A DNA stretch of 64,000 nt. Origin: Sedimentisphaerales bacterium. Lineage in GTDB: Bacteria; Planctomycetota; Phycisphaerae; Sedimentisphaerales; SM23-30. The stretch lies in contig CAXXFK010000040.1 of assembly GCA_963663965.2 (NCBI GenBank), forward strand, positions 64,001-128,000, in the 5' to 3' direction. A program made the position numbers and the translations under genes. Below the pieces are notes generated by a model. That model was not told where the DNA came from and ran no database searches. It was given only the letters and a program-made list of their open reading frames with translations. Positions 53,386-64,000 of the stretch are shown here, one piece after another; within the stretch, counting starts at the first letter, position 1; every line of letters begins with the position of its first letter.

Positions 53386-53459
53386 AATCTGGTTTTGAAT
53401 TAGATCAATAGCAATAAATGCCGTAGAATAATTGTTAAGATCGACTATTGGTTCATTTT

Positions 53460-53490
53460 TAAAGGGTTTGAATATGTTTCAAGCCCTTTT
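53460..53490 (+). terminator. Probable terminator
   Basis: AAAGGGTTTGAA-TATGT-TTCAAGCCCTTTT hairpin. Confidence 0.6.
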
Positions 53491-53672
53491 GTCTTTATAT
53501 TCAGAATCTTCAATTTTTCTGAACAAATGTCCGGGCCAGCTATATTTATTGAATTGACGATATTTTTTGATCAATATCTTAATGATTCTATGACAATATA
53601 TCTCTATGTTGATCGTTCAATATAACGTGACTATATATTAAAGACTAAAGAATATCTTAAGGGATAAATAGT

Positions 53673-56222
53673 ATGCTAAATTGGCGCTTCGTAACAATCA
53701 TGTTTTTACTTATATCAGTCGTTGTTCTGTGTCATGGGGCAGAGATTGCGGATTCTAATAATATTATCCGGGTTGCCTGTATTGGCGACAGTATTACCTA
53801 TGGTTCGACTATCGCCGATAGGGAACAGGACAGTTATCCGGCACAATTGGGGCGGATGCTGGGCGATCGTTATGAATGCCGGAATTTTGGCGTTTCCGGG
53901 GCGACCATGCTCAAACGCGGTGACAAACCTTATTGGAATCAGACTGCATTTGCAAAAGCGCAGGAATGGAATCCGGATATTGTGGTGATTAAACTGGGGA
54001 CTAATGATACGAAACCGCAAAACTGGCAATATGCTTCTGAATACGGTCCGGATTATCTGGCCATGATAGATGTTTTCAAATCGTTATCATCCAGACCACG
54101 AATCTGGGTTTGTATGCCGGTACCGGCATATCCGGGTCGTTGGGGGATTACCGATGCCGTCGTTCGCGAGGGTGTTATTCCGATAGTGCGCGAGGTGGCA
54201 GAAAATGCGGGTGTGAAATTGATCGATTTGTATCATCCGTTTGTCGGTCAGGCGGATTTATTTCCTGATACGGTGCATCCAAATGCTGCTGGTGCGAAAA
54301 AAATTGCAGAAATTGTGTGTCAGGCCATCCAAGATGGCGATCGATCAGCGGTTCAAATGCCTGGAACGGTATCGAGTTGGAATGGTTATGTCCAGTACGA
54401 CTTTACGCTCGATGGCCGCGCCTGCCGTGTCGTTTTACCTGAACAGATGGCTGAGGGGCGGCCCTGGATCTGGCGGGCGCGTTTCTGGGGACATGAACCG
54501 CAAACCGATCTGGCATTGCTGGCCCGTGGGTTTGCCGTTGCCTATATGGATGTCGCGAATCTGTATGGAGCGCCGCAGGCAGTGGAACATTGGAATAAAT
54601 TTTATGATTTTTTTGTCAATGAACAGGGATTCAATCCTAAACCGGCTTTGGAGGGAATGAGTCGGGGGGGATTGATTATCTATAACTGGGCGGCGGCCAA
54701 TCCGGATAAGGTTGCTTGTATTTATGCTGACGCGCCGGTTTGTGATATTGCCAGCTGGCCCGGAGGCAAAGGGGACGGGCCGGGCAGTGCGTCTGACTGG
54801 AAACGATGTCTGGAAGCCTATGGCCTTACGGAAGAAACCGCGCGGGCGTTCAAAGGGAATCCGATTGATCATCTGCAACCCCTGGCTGCGGCCGGGGTGC
54901 CTTTATTACATATTTGCGGCGCTGTTGATGAAGTGGTGCCGGTTGCGGAGAATACAGCGATACTCAAACAGCGATATGAGGATCTGGGCGGCTCGATCCG
55001 CTTGATCAATAAACCGGGAGTGAAACATCATCCTCACAGTCTGAAAGATCCTGCCGTTATAGTCGAATTCATTATGCAGCATACACTTGGGATCGCTCCC
55101 ACCATAACGCTTCGGGCTGATATGGGGAATAGTGGATTGAAATTCCAGTCAGAAAAATTAGGGCGGGTCGCCTTTCTGGGCGGATCGATTACCGAGATGG
55201 AAGGGTATCGGCCCCGGATTTCACAGACGCTGTCTGAATTGTTTCCGGAAACCCGGTTTGAGTTTATCAATGCCGGTATCGGTTCTACCTGTTCAACGAC
55301 AGGTGCTTTTCGATTGAACGATCATGTGTTATCGAAGGGGCCAATCGATCTGCTGTTTGTTGAATTTGCGGTGAACGATAATCAGGACGCCCATCATACC
55401 GAAACAGAGTGTATGCGGGGGATAGAGGGTATTATCCGGCATGCCCTTCAGGTTAATCCGAATCTGGATATTGTATTGCTTTACACAGCCAATGAATCGC
55501 ATATTGCCGATTATCAGCAGGGGAAAATACCACAGGAAATCGCTGCTCACGAAAGGGTGGCCCGTGCTTATGGAGTCAGTTCGATCAATCTGGCTGCCAG
55601 TGTCGCAGCCCGCATGAAAGCAGGAGAGTTCAACTGGAATACCTTCGGGGGTGTGCATCCGGCGGATTATGGCAATGAGCTGTATGCGGACCTGATTGGC
55701 AGCTTTTTGCGTTGTCATATTTTTGCATCAGATCGCACGGAAACTCGCGCGGCGTTCTATCCTGCACCGTCGCTGGACAAGTTTTCTTACAGTAATGGCA
55801 TATTGCTGCCGATCAATCAGGCCAGACCGGTTAAAGGTTTTGAGATAACGATACCCGACTGGTCAGGGATCCCCGGTCATACGCGGTCACATTATAATAA
55901 GATCCCCCTGTTATGTGGTACTCAGCCGGGCGATGAGTTTGAGCTATCATTTAACGGTACGGCTATTGGATTATATGTAGTTGCCGGGCCGGACGCGGGG
56001 TGTTTGCAGTATCGAATCGATAACGGCGACTGGAAAATAGTCAATCTTTATCATAAACACAGCGCTGGTTTGCATTATCCCCGGACCTGCATGCTGGCCG
56101 ATGAGTTGGAAGGCGGTGATCACCAGCTGACTGTCCGAATTAGCGAGGCGAGCGATGCCCGCAGTCATGGAAACGCGGTACGCATTGTGGCGTTTGCTGT
56201 AAATCCAAAGCCCATCAAGTAG
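53673..56222 (+). CDS. Tri-domain esterase: SGNH + alpha/beta hydrolase + SGNH
   Basis: GDSIT/LGTND/DTVHP; GMSRGG..D..HHPH; GGSIT/FAVND/GGVHP. Confidence 0.88.
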   Translation: MLNWRFVTIMFLLISVVVLCHGAEIADSNNIIRVACIGDSITYGSTIADREQDSYPAQLGRMLGDRYECRNFGVSGATMLKRGDKPYWNQTAFAKAQEWNPDIVVIKLGTNDTKPQNWQYASEYGPDYLAMIDVFKSLSSRPRIWVCMPVPAYPGRWGITDAVVREGVIPIVREVAENAGVKLIDLYHPFVGQADLFPDTVHPNAAGAKKIAEIVCQAIQDGDRSAVQMPGTVSSWNGYVQYDFTLDGRACRVVLPEQMAEGRPWIWRARFWGHEPQTDLALLARGFAVAYMDVANLYGAPQAVEHWNKFYDFFVNEQGFNPKPALEGMSRGGLIIYNWAAANPDKVACIYADAPVCDIASWPGGKGDGPGSASDWKRCLEAYGLTEETARAFKGNPIDHLQPLAAAGVPLLHICGAVDEVVPVAENTAILKQRYEDLGGSIRLINKPGVKHHPHSLKDPAVIVEFIMQHTLGIAPTITLRADMGNSGLKFQSEKLGRVAFLGGSITEMEGYRPRISQTLSELFPETRFEFINAGIGSTCSTTGAFRLNDHVLSKGPIDLLFVEFAVNDNQDAHHTETECMRGIEGIIRHALQVNPNLDIVLLYTANESHIADYQQGKIPQEIAAHERVARAYGVSSINLAASVAARMKAGEFNWNTFGGVHPADYGNELYADLIGSFLRCHIFASDRTETRAAFYPAPSLDKFSYSNGILLPINQARPVKGFEITIPDWSGIPGHTRSHYNKIPLLCGTQPGDEFELSFNGTAIGLYVVAGPDAGCLQYRIDNGDWKIVNLYHKHSAGLHYPRTCMLADELEGGDHQLTVRISEASDARSHGNAVRIVAFAVNPKPIK

Positions 56223-56242
56223 CCAATTCAAGTAGAATCGGC

Positions 56243-57643
56243 TTAAGGGTAGCTGCGGCGGTAAACACGGACATAATCGACCAGCAGCTGTTGGGGGAAC
56301 GGGGCGGAGATGCAGCTGGGGGAGGTGCAGCCGGGGTAGTTGCCGCCGACGGCGAGGTTAAACAGGATGTGGAATCGCTGATTAAAGGGGGCGGGATAGC
56401 TGCCGTCGGTGGACCACCAACTGTTGATGGTGCCGTAGTGGAGATCGTCGATGTACCAGCGCATTTCAGTGGGGTCCCATTCCAGGGCGTAGGTGTGGAA
56501 ATCCTGGGAGAAATCGGCGTTGTCGGGTTCGTATTTTCGGTAGGTATACTGGTTCTGGGGCCAGCGGCCACCGTAGTGGAGAGTACCCTGAACATAGTCG
56601 GCTTCGTTTGATGATTCGAGAATATCGATTTCGCCGTGAGCGGCCCAGCTGGAATAGGCTTCGCCGTAGGTGGTATCGGTGGGCATCATCCAGAAGGCGG
56701 GCCACATGCCGCCGCCTTTAGGGAGTTTGATGGAGGCTTCGATGCGGCCGTAGAGCAGGTCGACTTTGCCGGCAGAGTGGATGCGGCCGGAAGTAAACTG
56801 ACGATCTGCGTAGTTTTCGCGTCGGGCGGTGATAATTAACCGGCCGTTTTGAACATCAACGTTTTGCGGCCGGTCGGTATAGTATTGCAGTTCGTTGTTG
56901 CCCCAGCCGGAAAGGCCGTAATCGAAGGGATCGTCGTTGCCGGTGCCGATCATGCAGGTCCAGTTGTCGGGGTTGAGGCCGGGGCCGTCGAATTCATCGG
57001 ACCAGACCAGTTGCCACTGGTCGGTTGAGAGGCAGGCGTCGTTGGTTTCGACGAAAACTTCGTAGAGCGAGTAGCCCCATTCGGTGGCGCGCTGGGTGCA
57101 ATTGATGCGTACATATTGAGCCGAATGGGCCGGGAATCGGACCAGGTCAAAGCCGCCGTCAGTGCTGTTGATGGTTTTGACCCGGGTCCACTGGTCGGCG
57201 TCAGTAGATAAATCGATACTGTAACGGCTGGCATAGGCGGTTTCCCAGAAAAGCTGGACGCCTCGAACGGTGCGGATCTGGCCTAGATCAATGAGTAGCC
57301 ATTGGTTGTCGGCAGGCACACTGGACCAGCGGGTGGCCAGGTTGCCGTCGAAAACATTGGCCGGGCCAAGTGAAGCGGTTTCCTGGCTGGACGCAGTCGC
57401 GATAAACGGACTGCATGTTTGAATTAACCAGTTGCGAGACATCCCGTTAAACTGATCCTGCCACTGGTTGGTCAGGATCTGACAGGGAGCGTCAGCCAGC
57501 CAACACTCGGTAAGTATCTGAAGATCGCGGATATCAACCAGACCATTATTGTCGTAATCGCCAACAGGCGCAGCCTGAAGAGCGGTTATCGAAACCAGAA
57601 ATATCAGGAAGGTAAATAATGAGGGTGTCCAGTTATGATTCAT
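56243..57643 (-). CDS. GH16 beta-glucanase with N-terminal dockerin-like motif and CBM32/F5-8 domain
   Basis: WSDEFDG, GWGNNELQYY, WPAFWMM, GEIDILE; DGNLATRWSS. Confidence 0.93.
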   Translation of the reverse strand: MNHNWTPSLFTFLIFLVSITALQAAPVGDYDNNGLVDIRDLQILTECWLADAPCQILTNQWQDQFNGMSRNWLIQTCSPFIATASSQETASLGPANVFDGNLATRWSSVPADNQWLLIDLGQIRTVRGVQLFWETAYASRYSIDLSTDADQWTRVKTINSTDGGFDLVRFPAHSAQYVRINCTQRATEWGYSLYEVFVETNDACLSTDQWQLVWSDEFDGPGLNPDNWTCMIGTGNDDPFDYGLSGWGNNELQYYTDRPQNVDVQNGRLIITARRENYADRQFTSGRIHSAGKVDLLYGRIEASIKLPKGGGMWPAFWMMPTDTTYGEAYSSWAAHGEIDILESSNEADYVQGTLHYGGRWPQNQYTYRKYEPDNADFSQDFHTYALEWDPTEMRWYIDDLHYGTINSWWSTDGSYPAPFNQRFHILFNLAVGGNYPGCTSPSCISAPFPQQLLVDYVRVYRRSYP

Positions 57644-58034
57644 CTCTAGTCCGGATCCTTTATTCAGACGTTCGCATCGTAAAAACAATTATATATCACG
57701 TCCCTGTGAAATGATTATTTTCAGGAAAAATTAGAATGACACAAATTGGCCTTAAATCACCTTTATATTTTACCAATTTGGGCGAATTGGGTCAAGAAAA
57801 AAGGAGGGAGCCTGAAGTTGTGAATGACATCATTTACGGACCGTAAATTTAAACACCAGTATAATGCCGTTTGATGGTTTCTATAAATTGGGTAGTGGAT
57901 CCAGAGACCAGAGCAAGCATTTTTCCTGATGTGAATCTTGCCATACCGTAATTCAAAAACAAAAAGACCCCGATGGATCCCCATCACGAAAGAATCCTCG
58001 GAGTCTTTTCAAGTTTAAATTGCGATGACCGGAA

Positions 58035-59932
58035 TCAGCGCTGGTTCATATCTTTCAGAACATTTTTCAGCAGTTCCGGATTATCAGTCGTAATACCCTT
58101 TACGCCATATTCAACCAGTTGGCGCATGCGGGATTCATCATTAACCGTCCAGACCCAAAGCTCGGATCCCAGGGCCTCTACCAGTTTGACCGTATCGGCG
58201 GTGACCGTACTATGAGCCCAGTCGATAAAATCAATTCCTTTGGCCTGAATCGCCTGAATGGACTCGATCGTCAATTCATCGGAACCCAGCGCGCCGGTTA
58301 TTATGTCGGGCATCACCTGCTCAAGCTGTTCGAGGAAATTCCAGTCGAAAGCGATCACCATGAGTTTATCATTGACCCGTAATTTGCGGAAGATATCGAC
58401 ATATTGATCAACCGTACCCGTTTTTCGCTCGACAAAGGCGATCATATCCGGATGACAGGCCAGAATGATTTCCTGGATGGTTGGGACCGGTTCACCGGCA
58501 TATTGCGGATCGAACCAGGTACCGGCATCCAGAGTACTCCACTGGTCACGGGTCAGATTCTCAATGGGACCGGTATAAGCGCCGTCGGTCGTACGATCGA
58601 CGGTATTATCGTGCATGACGACCAGTTCGCCGCCGGCATCGGTGCGAACATCAAACTCAACCATATCGGCAAATCCGCGACAGGCCAGACTGGAAGCGAT
58701 GGTGTTTTCGGGATTCTGGGCCGAATAGCCGCGATGGGCTACATTGGCAATCAGATAGCGATTCGGCTGACGGCAATCGCCAAAAGCCGGATCGGTACAG
58801 GCCAGCCACTGCAAGGCGAAATCGAGCAGGTCACGCAAATCGACAAAACAATCCTGATTCAGGTCCATACTGTAATAACCCCAGTCGCCACAAACAGGAT
58901 CATCGTCAGTGACCACTACGGATACGGAAGTCCCATTCATGCCCTGCCACTCAGGATCGGTACTGGTCACAGAAATATATAATTGGGCGATCCGGGTTTC
59001 CTGGTTTTCCAGATCATCCACCGGTACGACCCTGACGGTGCGAAGCTCATCTAACTGGCCGGGCAGGAAAATTAATGTGCGGCCCATGCCGGCCGGCTGA
59101 CCGTCGAACGCTATCAGTTCGTCACCTGAGATTTTAACCTGGACCTGGGAGCCCGGCTCATATTCAGCGGGAAACTCCAGTTTCAAATTCAGAACACCCT
59201 CGCTGCCTTCTGAAATCATTAACAGTTTCGGTTCGACGTTTAAGACCTGTCGGGCCAGCCAGCGGATTTCCGATGGATCAACGGCATGATCATAGAGATA
59301 AACCTCATCCCACATACCGATGCCGGCGTCATTACCGCTATTGCCACCGCCCAGGAAAAGCGTATTACCCGGATCGACCCACGGCCCGGTTTTACTTTCG
59401 GTCAGCTCGCCATCCAGATAAATCCGCGATTTAACCTGAGAGCCCGAACGGGTCCATGAAACCGCAATATGATGCCAATTATTGCCATCAGCCTGCAGAG
59501 CCGGCAATGTCGCGGATACTTCTGTTCCGCCCTGGATACGAAAACGCACAATCCCCGTGTCGTATATCCACATTTCCAATCGTCCGGATTGACTGAATTA
59601 TCGAAAATGGTTTGGTACTGATAAAATGTAAACGGATTATACCACATCGCCACGGTTCCGCTATCGGGCATGGTATAAACGATTTTGACATAATCGTTGT
59701 CCGTTGTTCCCGGATCGGCGCTGACATGATTCAAATCCAACGCCTGGCCCATTTTGCCGGAAACATAAGCATTACTGCCCAGTGAGCCATCTACCATAAC
59801 GCCATGGTACTGTTCACTGACGCTATTATTCAGATCGCCTTCAAAGGCGTAGTGAGCCTTGAGGTCTGCCATGGCCAATCCCGCTGAAAGCAGAATCAGT
59901 AAAACGCAGATAATACCGCTTCGATTGATCAT
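58035..59932 (-). pseudogene. LamG + dockerin-like + glycerophosphodiester phosphodiesterase, frameshifted at ~59576
   Basis: AHRGYS..PENT..EFDV..HD GDPD motifs. The two ORFs join as DDWEMWIY (as in the neighbouring paralog) if one G is restored. Confidence 0.85.
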
Positions 59933-60060
59933 CTCGAGTCCTCGATTATTATATTAATATTGAAACAAGAGCAGGCCGCCTTCCGGCAGCCTGCCCTAAC
60001 AAGATCCAGGAAAGATCTGTTTATTCTAACAGATCCATATCGTTTCCGGTAACATCCCTT

Positions 60061-62802
60061 TTACTGAATATTCAACCAGAACTTGACAAACTGATCCAGA
60101 TCCATGACATCGACCTTGCAGTCAGCGTTATAATCGCCCTGCGGAGCCGATTGACACTCACCGGCGTCCTGCATCCAGAAACCGGTAAACGTGCTGAAGT
60201 CGGTCAGATCGATCTGCATATCCTCGTTAAAATCACTGCGAGAAGCCAGCACTCGGATTTCCGCCCGGGTCAGTGGCCGCTCATAGATACGGAAATCGTC
60301 GAGGATACCGTTGCAGTCATCCTGGTCCGGATGGCCGCCGCCCAGATAGAGTTGGTTACCGGGATCGACCCAGTCGTTATCCAGATTTTCTGCAACCAGT
60401 TCGCCATTGATGAACAGTTGCTCATCCACTCTGGCCGGATCTTCCGGATTTCGCCGCCAGGTCATGACGATATGATACCAGTTGTCCTGCTCCATCCAGA
60501 AGCCCCGGAGATAACCGGACTGCAGGCGGGCGGAAAACTCGCCGGTGCTATAGATCCACATTTCCCAGTCGTTAGCTTCCACAACATTATCCAGAATGGC
60601 ATTGTAATTGTAAATCTGTTCGGGTTTGAACCACAGCGAAACGGTCCCTCGATCGGCATAGGTATAATCTACCGCGACAAAATCGTTATCTGAGGGATCC
60701 TGGGTGCCTGACAGGCGCAGGCCCTGTCCCAGCATGCCGGGAACATATTCATGGCTGCCATTGGCGCCATCAACCAGACGACTGGGCACTTCACCCACAA
60801 TCGTATTCGGATCGCCGTCCAGGGGCAAATGTACCACCAGACCGATATAACCATAGGGATAAACATCAATCGACATCGTGTCAGACGAATCAAACTGACC
60901 ATCGCTGGCGTATAACATAAAGGTATAGGTGCCCGGCGCCGAAATGGTTACGGAGGTGTCTTCGAGACTGGCATCCGCAATCACATAGTCGTTGGGCCCC
61001 TGAACTTTGGACCACAGATAGGTCATCTTACCCAGCGGGCTGCCATCGACATCCTCGACCGTACCATCCAGTGCCAGGGTCACCTGACCATTTTCCTCCA
61101 GCCAGGCCGCTTGATCCGCAGGTACTGTCACCAGCGGCGGCTTGTTGCCGAGATAGACCAGCGACAACACTTCTTCATCGGATATAGCGCGATTATAGAG
61201 CCGGACATCGTCATAAGTACCGTTACCAAAATCGTTACCGGCATTACCGCCGCTGAGGTAGAAGGTACTGCCCGGATTGACCCATGCACCCGTATCGGTC
61301 TGGGCCAGTAATCCATTGACATACAATTTCACTTCAACCTGATTATCGGTACGCTCCCAGGTACCGGCCAGATGCCACCATTTATTCAGGCAATTGCCAT
61401 CCTCGGCCAGACTGTTCAGGTTGGCGGTGACATAGGAGTCACTCTGCACCCGGAAACGAATACGGGAATCGCTATAAATCCACATCTCCCAGTCATCACC
61501 GTTACCCGAGTTATCAAAGACGGCATGATAATTATAGAGCTGGCGGGGATTATACCACATGGCAAACGAACCATTGTCGGGCATAACCAGATCGACTGAG
61601 GCGTAATCACCCTCGGTACTGAAATCGCCATTCTGCAGATTTAATCCATTACCATACTTACCCGTCGTATAAGAAGACAAACCGCCGCTGCCATTAATCA
61701 AGGTTCCATCATTCATGTTACCGGAAACATCCTGAATGGTTTTACCGTTCCAGGTTTCTTCGAAATCCCAGTGCATGATCAGGCCGCCGTAATTATAAGG
61801 CCGGACGACCACCAGAACGGTATCCCATTCCTGCAACGAGCCATCATCAGCCGTCACTCGGAGCAGATACCGTCCGGGTGAGCTGATAATCGGTTGAGCG
61901 TCTTCCAGGGTGGCATCTTCAAAAACAATATCATTGGGACCGGCAATCTTTTCCCACAGCACGCTGTAGGCTCCGTCATCCACAATTGTGGCATCCAGAT
62001 TCACTACAACGCTGCCCCCTTCACCTAATTCAACTTCCTGGAATTCACCGGCGTCGACTTCCGGACCAAGATTTTCGTTATAGACACTATCGCCGGCTGA
62101 CTGTAACGCCACAATTTCACCGGGAGCCAGGGGAACATCCCACATGGCAATGGTTGAGATCTCAAAAGTGCCATCGTCACCATCCGGTACACCCTGGGCA
62201 TCCGTTCCGCAACAGAATAGCAAAAGCGTCTCGGCCAGACTGAAGCGGCCATCGATAGCCTGCGGATTGCCGATCAAGACACGATGCCCATCCATGTAGA
62301 GATCCTGACGCAACCCGTTATCGACCACCAGCACCATACGATACCAGGTATCCGGCCCGGTGACATATCCAGACGCGCTGGTATAACCTACCGCGCCAAT
62401 ACCTATGGCTCCAGTATTATTGATCGTCCAGTCTGAATCGTCCCCGGGTGTTCTCTCAGGATCGGTCTGAATCAGGTCGTTATAACCCTCTGTCAGACTG
62501 GATGGCGGATACTTGAAATCGATCAGGATAGTGTATTCATTGACTTTTTCGCCATCGCCATTGGGGGCGATGCCATGGGTCAGGGTATAATAACTGCCTT
62601 CTTCGATCAGAATGGCGCCGTCAGAACCATCAACTCCGCTGATAACATCAACACTTCCGGTCAACGCCAGGGCGGCGCCGACGGTAGCGGCGTTGGGATC
62701 CGAGGCTTCAAAGGTCCATAAACCGACCGGTTCACGAACGCCGGCATTCAACGTTACCGACAAAGCCAACAACATAACCAGTAAAAACCAGGACTTCCTC
62801 AT
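60061..62802 (-). CDS. Secreted multi-LamG/PKD protein with paired dockerin-like motifs
   Basis: Three LamG-like domains (W.H...W...NG, DD.R.Y.R.L), two PKD-like repeats, C-terminal DFNEDMQID / GDYNADCKVD. Confidence 0.88.
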   Translation of the reverse strand: MRKSWFLLVMLLALSVTLNAGVREPVGLWTFEASDPNAATVGAALALTGSVDVISGVDGSDGAILIEEGSYYTLTHGIAPNGDGEKVNEYTILIDFKYPPSSLTEGYNDLIQTDPERTPGDDSDWTINNTGAIGIGAVGYTSASGYVTGPDTWYRMVLVVDNGLRQDLYMDGHRVLIGNPQAIDGRFSLAETLLLFCCGTDAQGVPDGDDGTFEISTIAMWDVPLAPGEIVALQSAGDSVYNENLGPEVDAGEFQEVELGEGGSVVVNLDATIVDDGAYSVLWEKIAGPNDIVFEDATLEDAQPIISSPGRYLLRVTADDGSLQEWDTVLVVVRPYNYGGLIMHWDFEETWNGKTIQDVSGNMNDGTLINGSGGLSSYTTGKYGNGLNLQNGDFSTEGDYASVDLVMPDNGSFAMWYNPRQLYNYHAVFDNSGNGDDWEMWIYSDSRIRFRVQSDSYVTANLNSLAEDGNCLNKWWHLAGTWERTDNQVEVKLYVNGLLAQTDTGAWVNPGSTFYLSGGNAGNDFGNGTYDDVRLYNRAISDEEVLSLVYLGNKPPLVTVPADQAAWLEENGQVTLALDGTVEDVDGSPLGKMTYLWSKVQGPNDYVIADASLEDTSVTISAPGTYTFMLYASDGQFDSSDTMSIDVYPYGYIGLVVHLPLDGDPNTIVGEVPSRLVDGANGSHEYVPGMLGQGLRLSGTQDPSDNDFVAVDYTYADRGTVSLWFKPEQIYNYNAILDNVVEANDWEMWIYSTGEFSARLQSGYLRGFWMEQDNWYHIVMTWRRNPEDPARVDEQLFINGELVAENLDNDWVDPGNQLYLGGGHPDQDDCNGILDDFRIYERPLTRAEIRVLASRSDFNEDMQIDLTDFSTFTGFWMQDAGECQSAPQGDYNADCKVDVMDLDQFVKFWLNIQ

Positions 62803-62871
62803 TGGTCTTCTCCTATAACTAGAGATTAATAAAACACTAACAACAAAACGTTCAAACCGGATAGTCCGGTC

Positions 62872-63639
62872 TTATTTCTGCATGTTCTTGACCGCTTCCG
62901 GGGTCATTTTATAACCATCCGGGGCGCTCAAACGCCAGGTATCCAGTCGGGTCACCTCTTCGACATGCCCATCGATAAACACCGCATTCACAACACCATC
63001 TTCCATATCCGGTTTCCGGGCGTTATGAAAGGTGCCAAAACTGTCCCACGCTGGATCATGATAAGCCCAAAAAGCCGTGTCATTAAACGCGTAACTATTG
63101 TAAGGGGGGGTTATCCATAAATTTTCTTCGCCGAAGAAAAATACTTCGGCGTGACGTTTGATTGCTGAAATCTTTTTTTCATATAAATACGCGTTCATCG
63201 AATAAGAATAATTCGGTTTAATGGGGATGCCCGGCGCATGACTGGGATGTTGATCGCCTTTCTTGCGGGCCACATTTAAAAATGTTGGACATAAATGAAT
63301 ATCCTTGGTTTTGAGATATTTCCAGAAAGGACCGGCATATTGCGGATACAGATTCAAGTCAAAATCCGGATTATGCCAGCGGCAGTAGCGATGGGGTTCA
63401 CCGGGATATTCCTCATGACTGTTATAAAAACACATCCAGGGATTGGGCATAACCCCATTGTTATCATCGGCGTACATGGTCGCCAGCACGCCGTAGGATT
63501 TCAGATTGGTTTTACAGACCGCAAATTTAGTTTGTTCCCGCGCCTTGCCCAGAGCCGGCATCAGAATAGAAACCAGTAAAGCAATGATCGAAATCACTAC
63601 CAGCAGTTCAATTAAAGTAAATCCTTTTCGCTTGTTCAT
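62872..63639 (-). CDS. Prepilin-type N-terminal cleavage/methylation protein with H-X9-DG-like C-terminus
   Basis: KGFTLIELLVVISIIALLVSILMPAL.KAR, C..NL, FH......NAVFIDGHVE. Confidence 0.93.
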   Translation of the reverse strand: MNKRKGFTLIELLVVISIIALLVSILMPALGKAREQTKFAVCKTNLKSYGVLATMYADDNNGVMPNPWMCFYNSHEEYPGEPHRYCRWHNPDFDLNLYPQYAGPFWKYLKTKDIHLCPTFLNVARKKGDQHPSHAPGIPIKPNYSYSMNAYLYEKKISAIKRHAEVFFFGEENLWITPPYNSYAFNDTAFWAYHDPAWDSFGTFHNARKPDMEDGVVNAVFIDGHVEEVTRLDTWRLSAPDGYKMTPEAVKNMQK

Positions 63640-64000
63640 AGTCTCTCCGAAGATTTGATTTGTTTTAACGCTAACCTGGGCTTTGAACCTGTTTTGATGA
63701 ATCCGATAGCCACCCGCTTCGATTTAAGTCCGACCCCATCCCAATTAACAGTCATCTTTACCCTTGCCAGAAAATTTCCTGAAAACATATCACCCGGACA
63801 CAACCGTTGCTGTTTATCAAACCAACGATGCGCCAACAAAGTCACCAGAGCGCCAGATTCCAGATACTGATCCTGTTTCGTCATAGCTGATCTCTCAGGT
63901 CAATGTCACACTGAATACTACTCAATAACGTTCTCAAATTTTTCAACCAATCAAGGCGCATCACCAGACGTTCTCGAACCGGCCAGGCTATTGAGATCAT

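Noticed and set aside
63636..63884. 82-aa ORF upstream of the pseudopilin
   Set aside because: No homology cues; likely a leader or intergenic region

Overview
Bacterial chromosomal DNA, most likely Planctomycetota (Phycisphaerae/Sedimentisphaerales-like). This is inferred from the half-dockerin 'GDxxxDxxVDLxD...WL' motifs, an H-X9-DG pseudopilin, a Rhodopirellula-type ECF sigma/FecR pair and many sulfatases. Bases 1-15 kb form a polysaccharide-utilisation locus (ECF sigma, FecR-NPCBM, secreted protein, beta-helix enzymes, GH27, sulfatases, EEP). It lies downstream of tRNA-Met(CAT), separated from it by a 27-bp direct-repeat-flanked islet carrying an integrase remnant and an XRE-ImmA/PIN pair. 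Bases 17.8-40.5 kb hold mixed housekeeping and carbohydrate genes, including two Tat oxidoreductases flanking a DUF1080-ThuA-HEAT-discoidin fusion, and a POTRA-like gene hit by both an IS1634 and a 178-bp MITE. Bases 40.8-43.4 kb are a low-GC array of small membrane-anchored ORFs interleaved with Rhs-core fragments and a shared repeat; this candidate toxin-less poly-immunity array is the most unusual structure here. Bases 44.5-64 kb carry DUF1080, a two-component system, GH172, GLUG, a tri-domain esterase, GH16 and a pseudopilin-LamG-GDPD operon. Several genes carry single-base lesions. All family calls come from motif recognition, not database searches.
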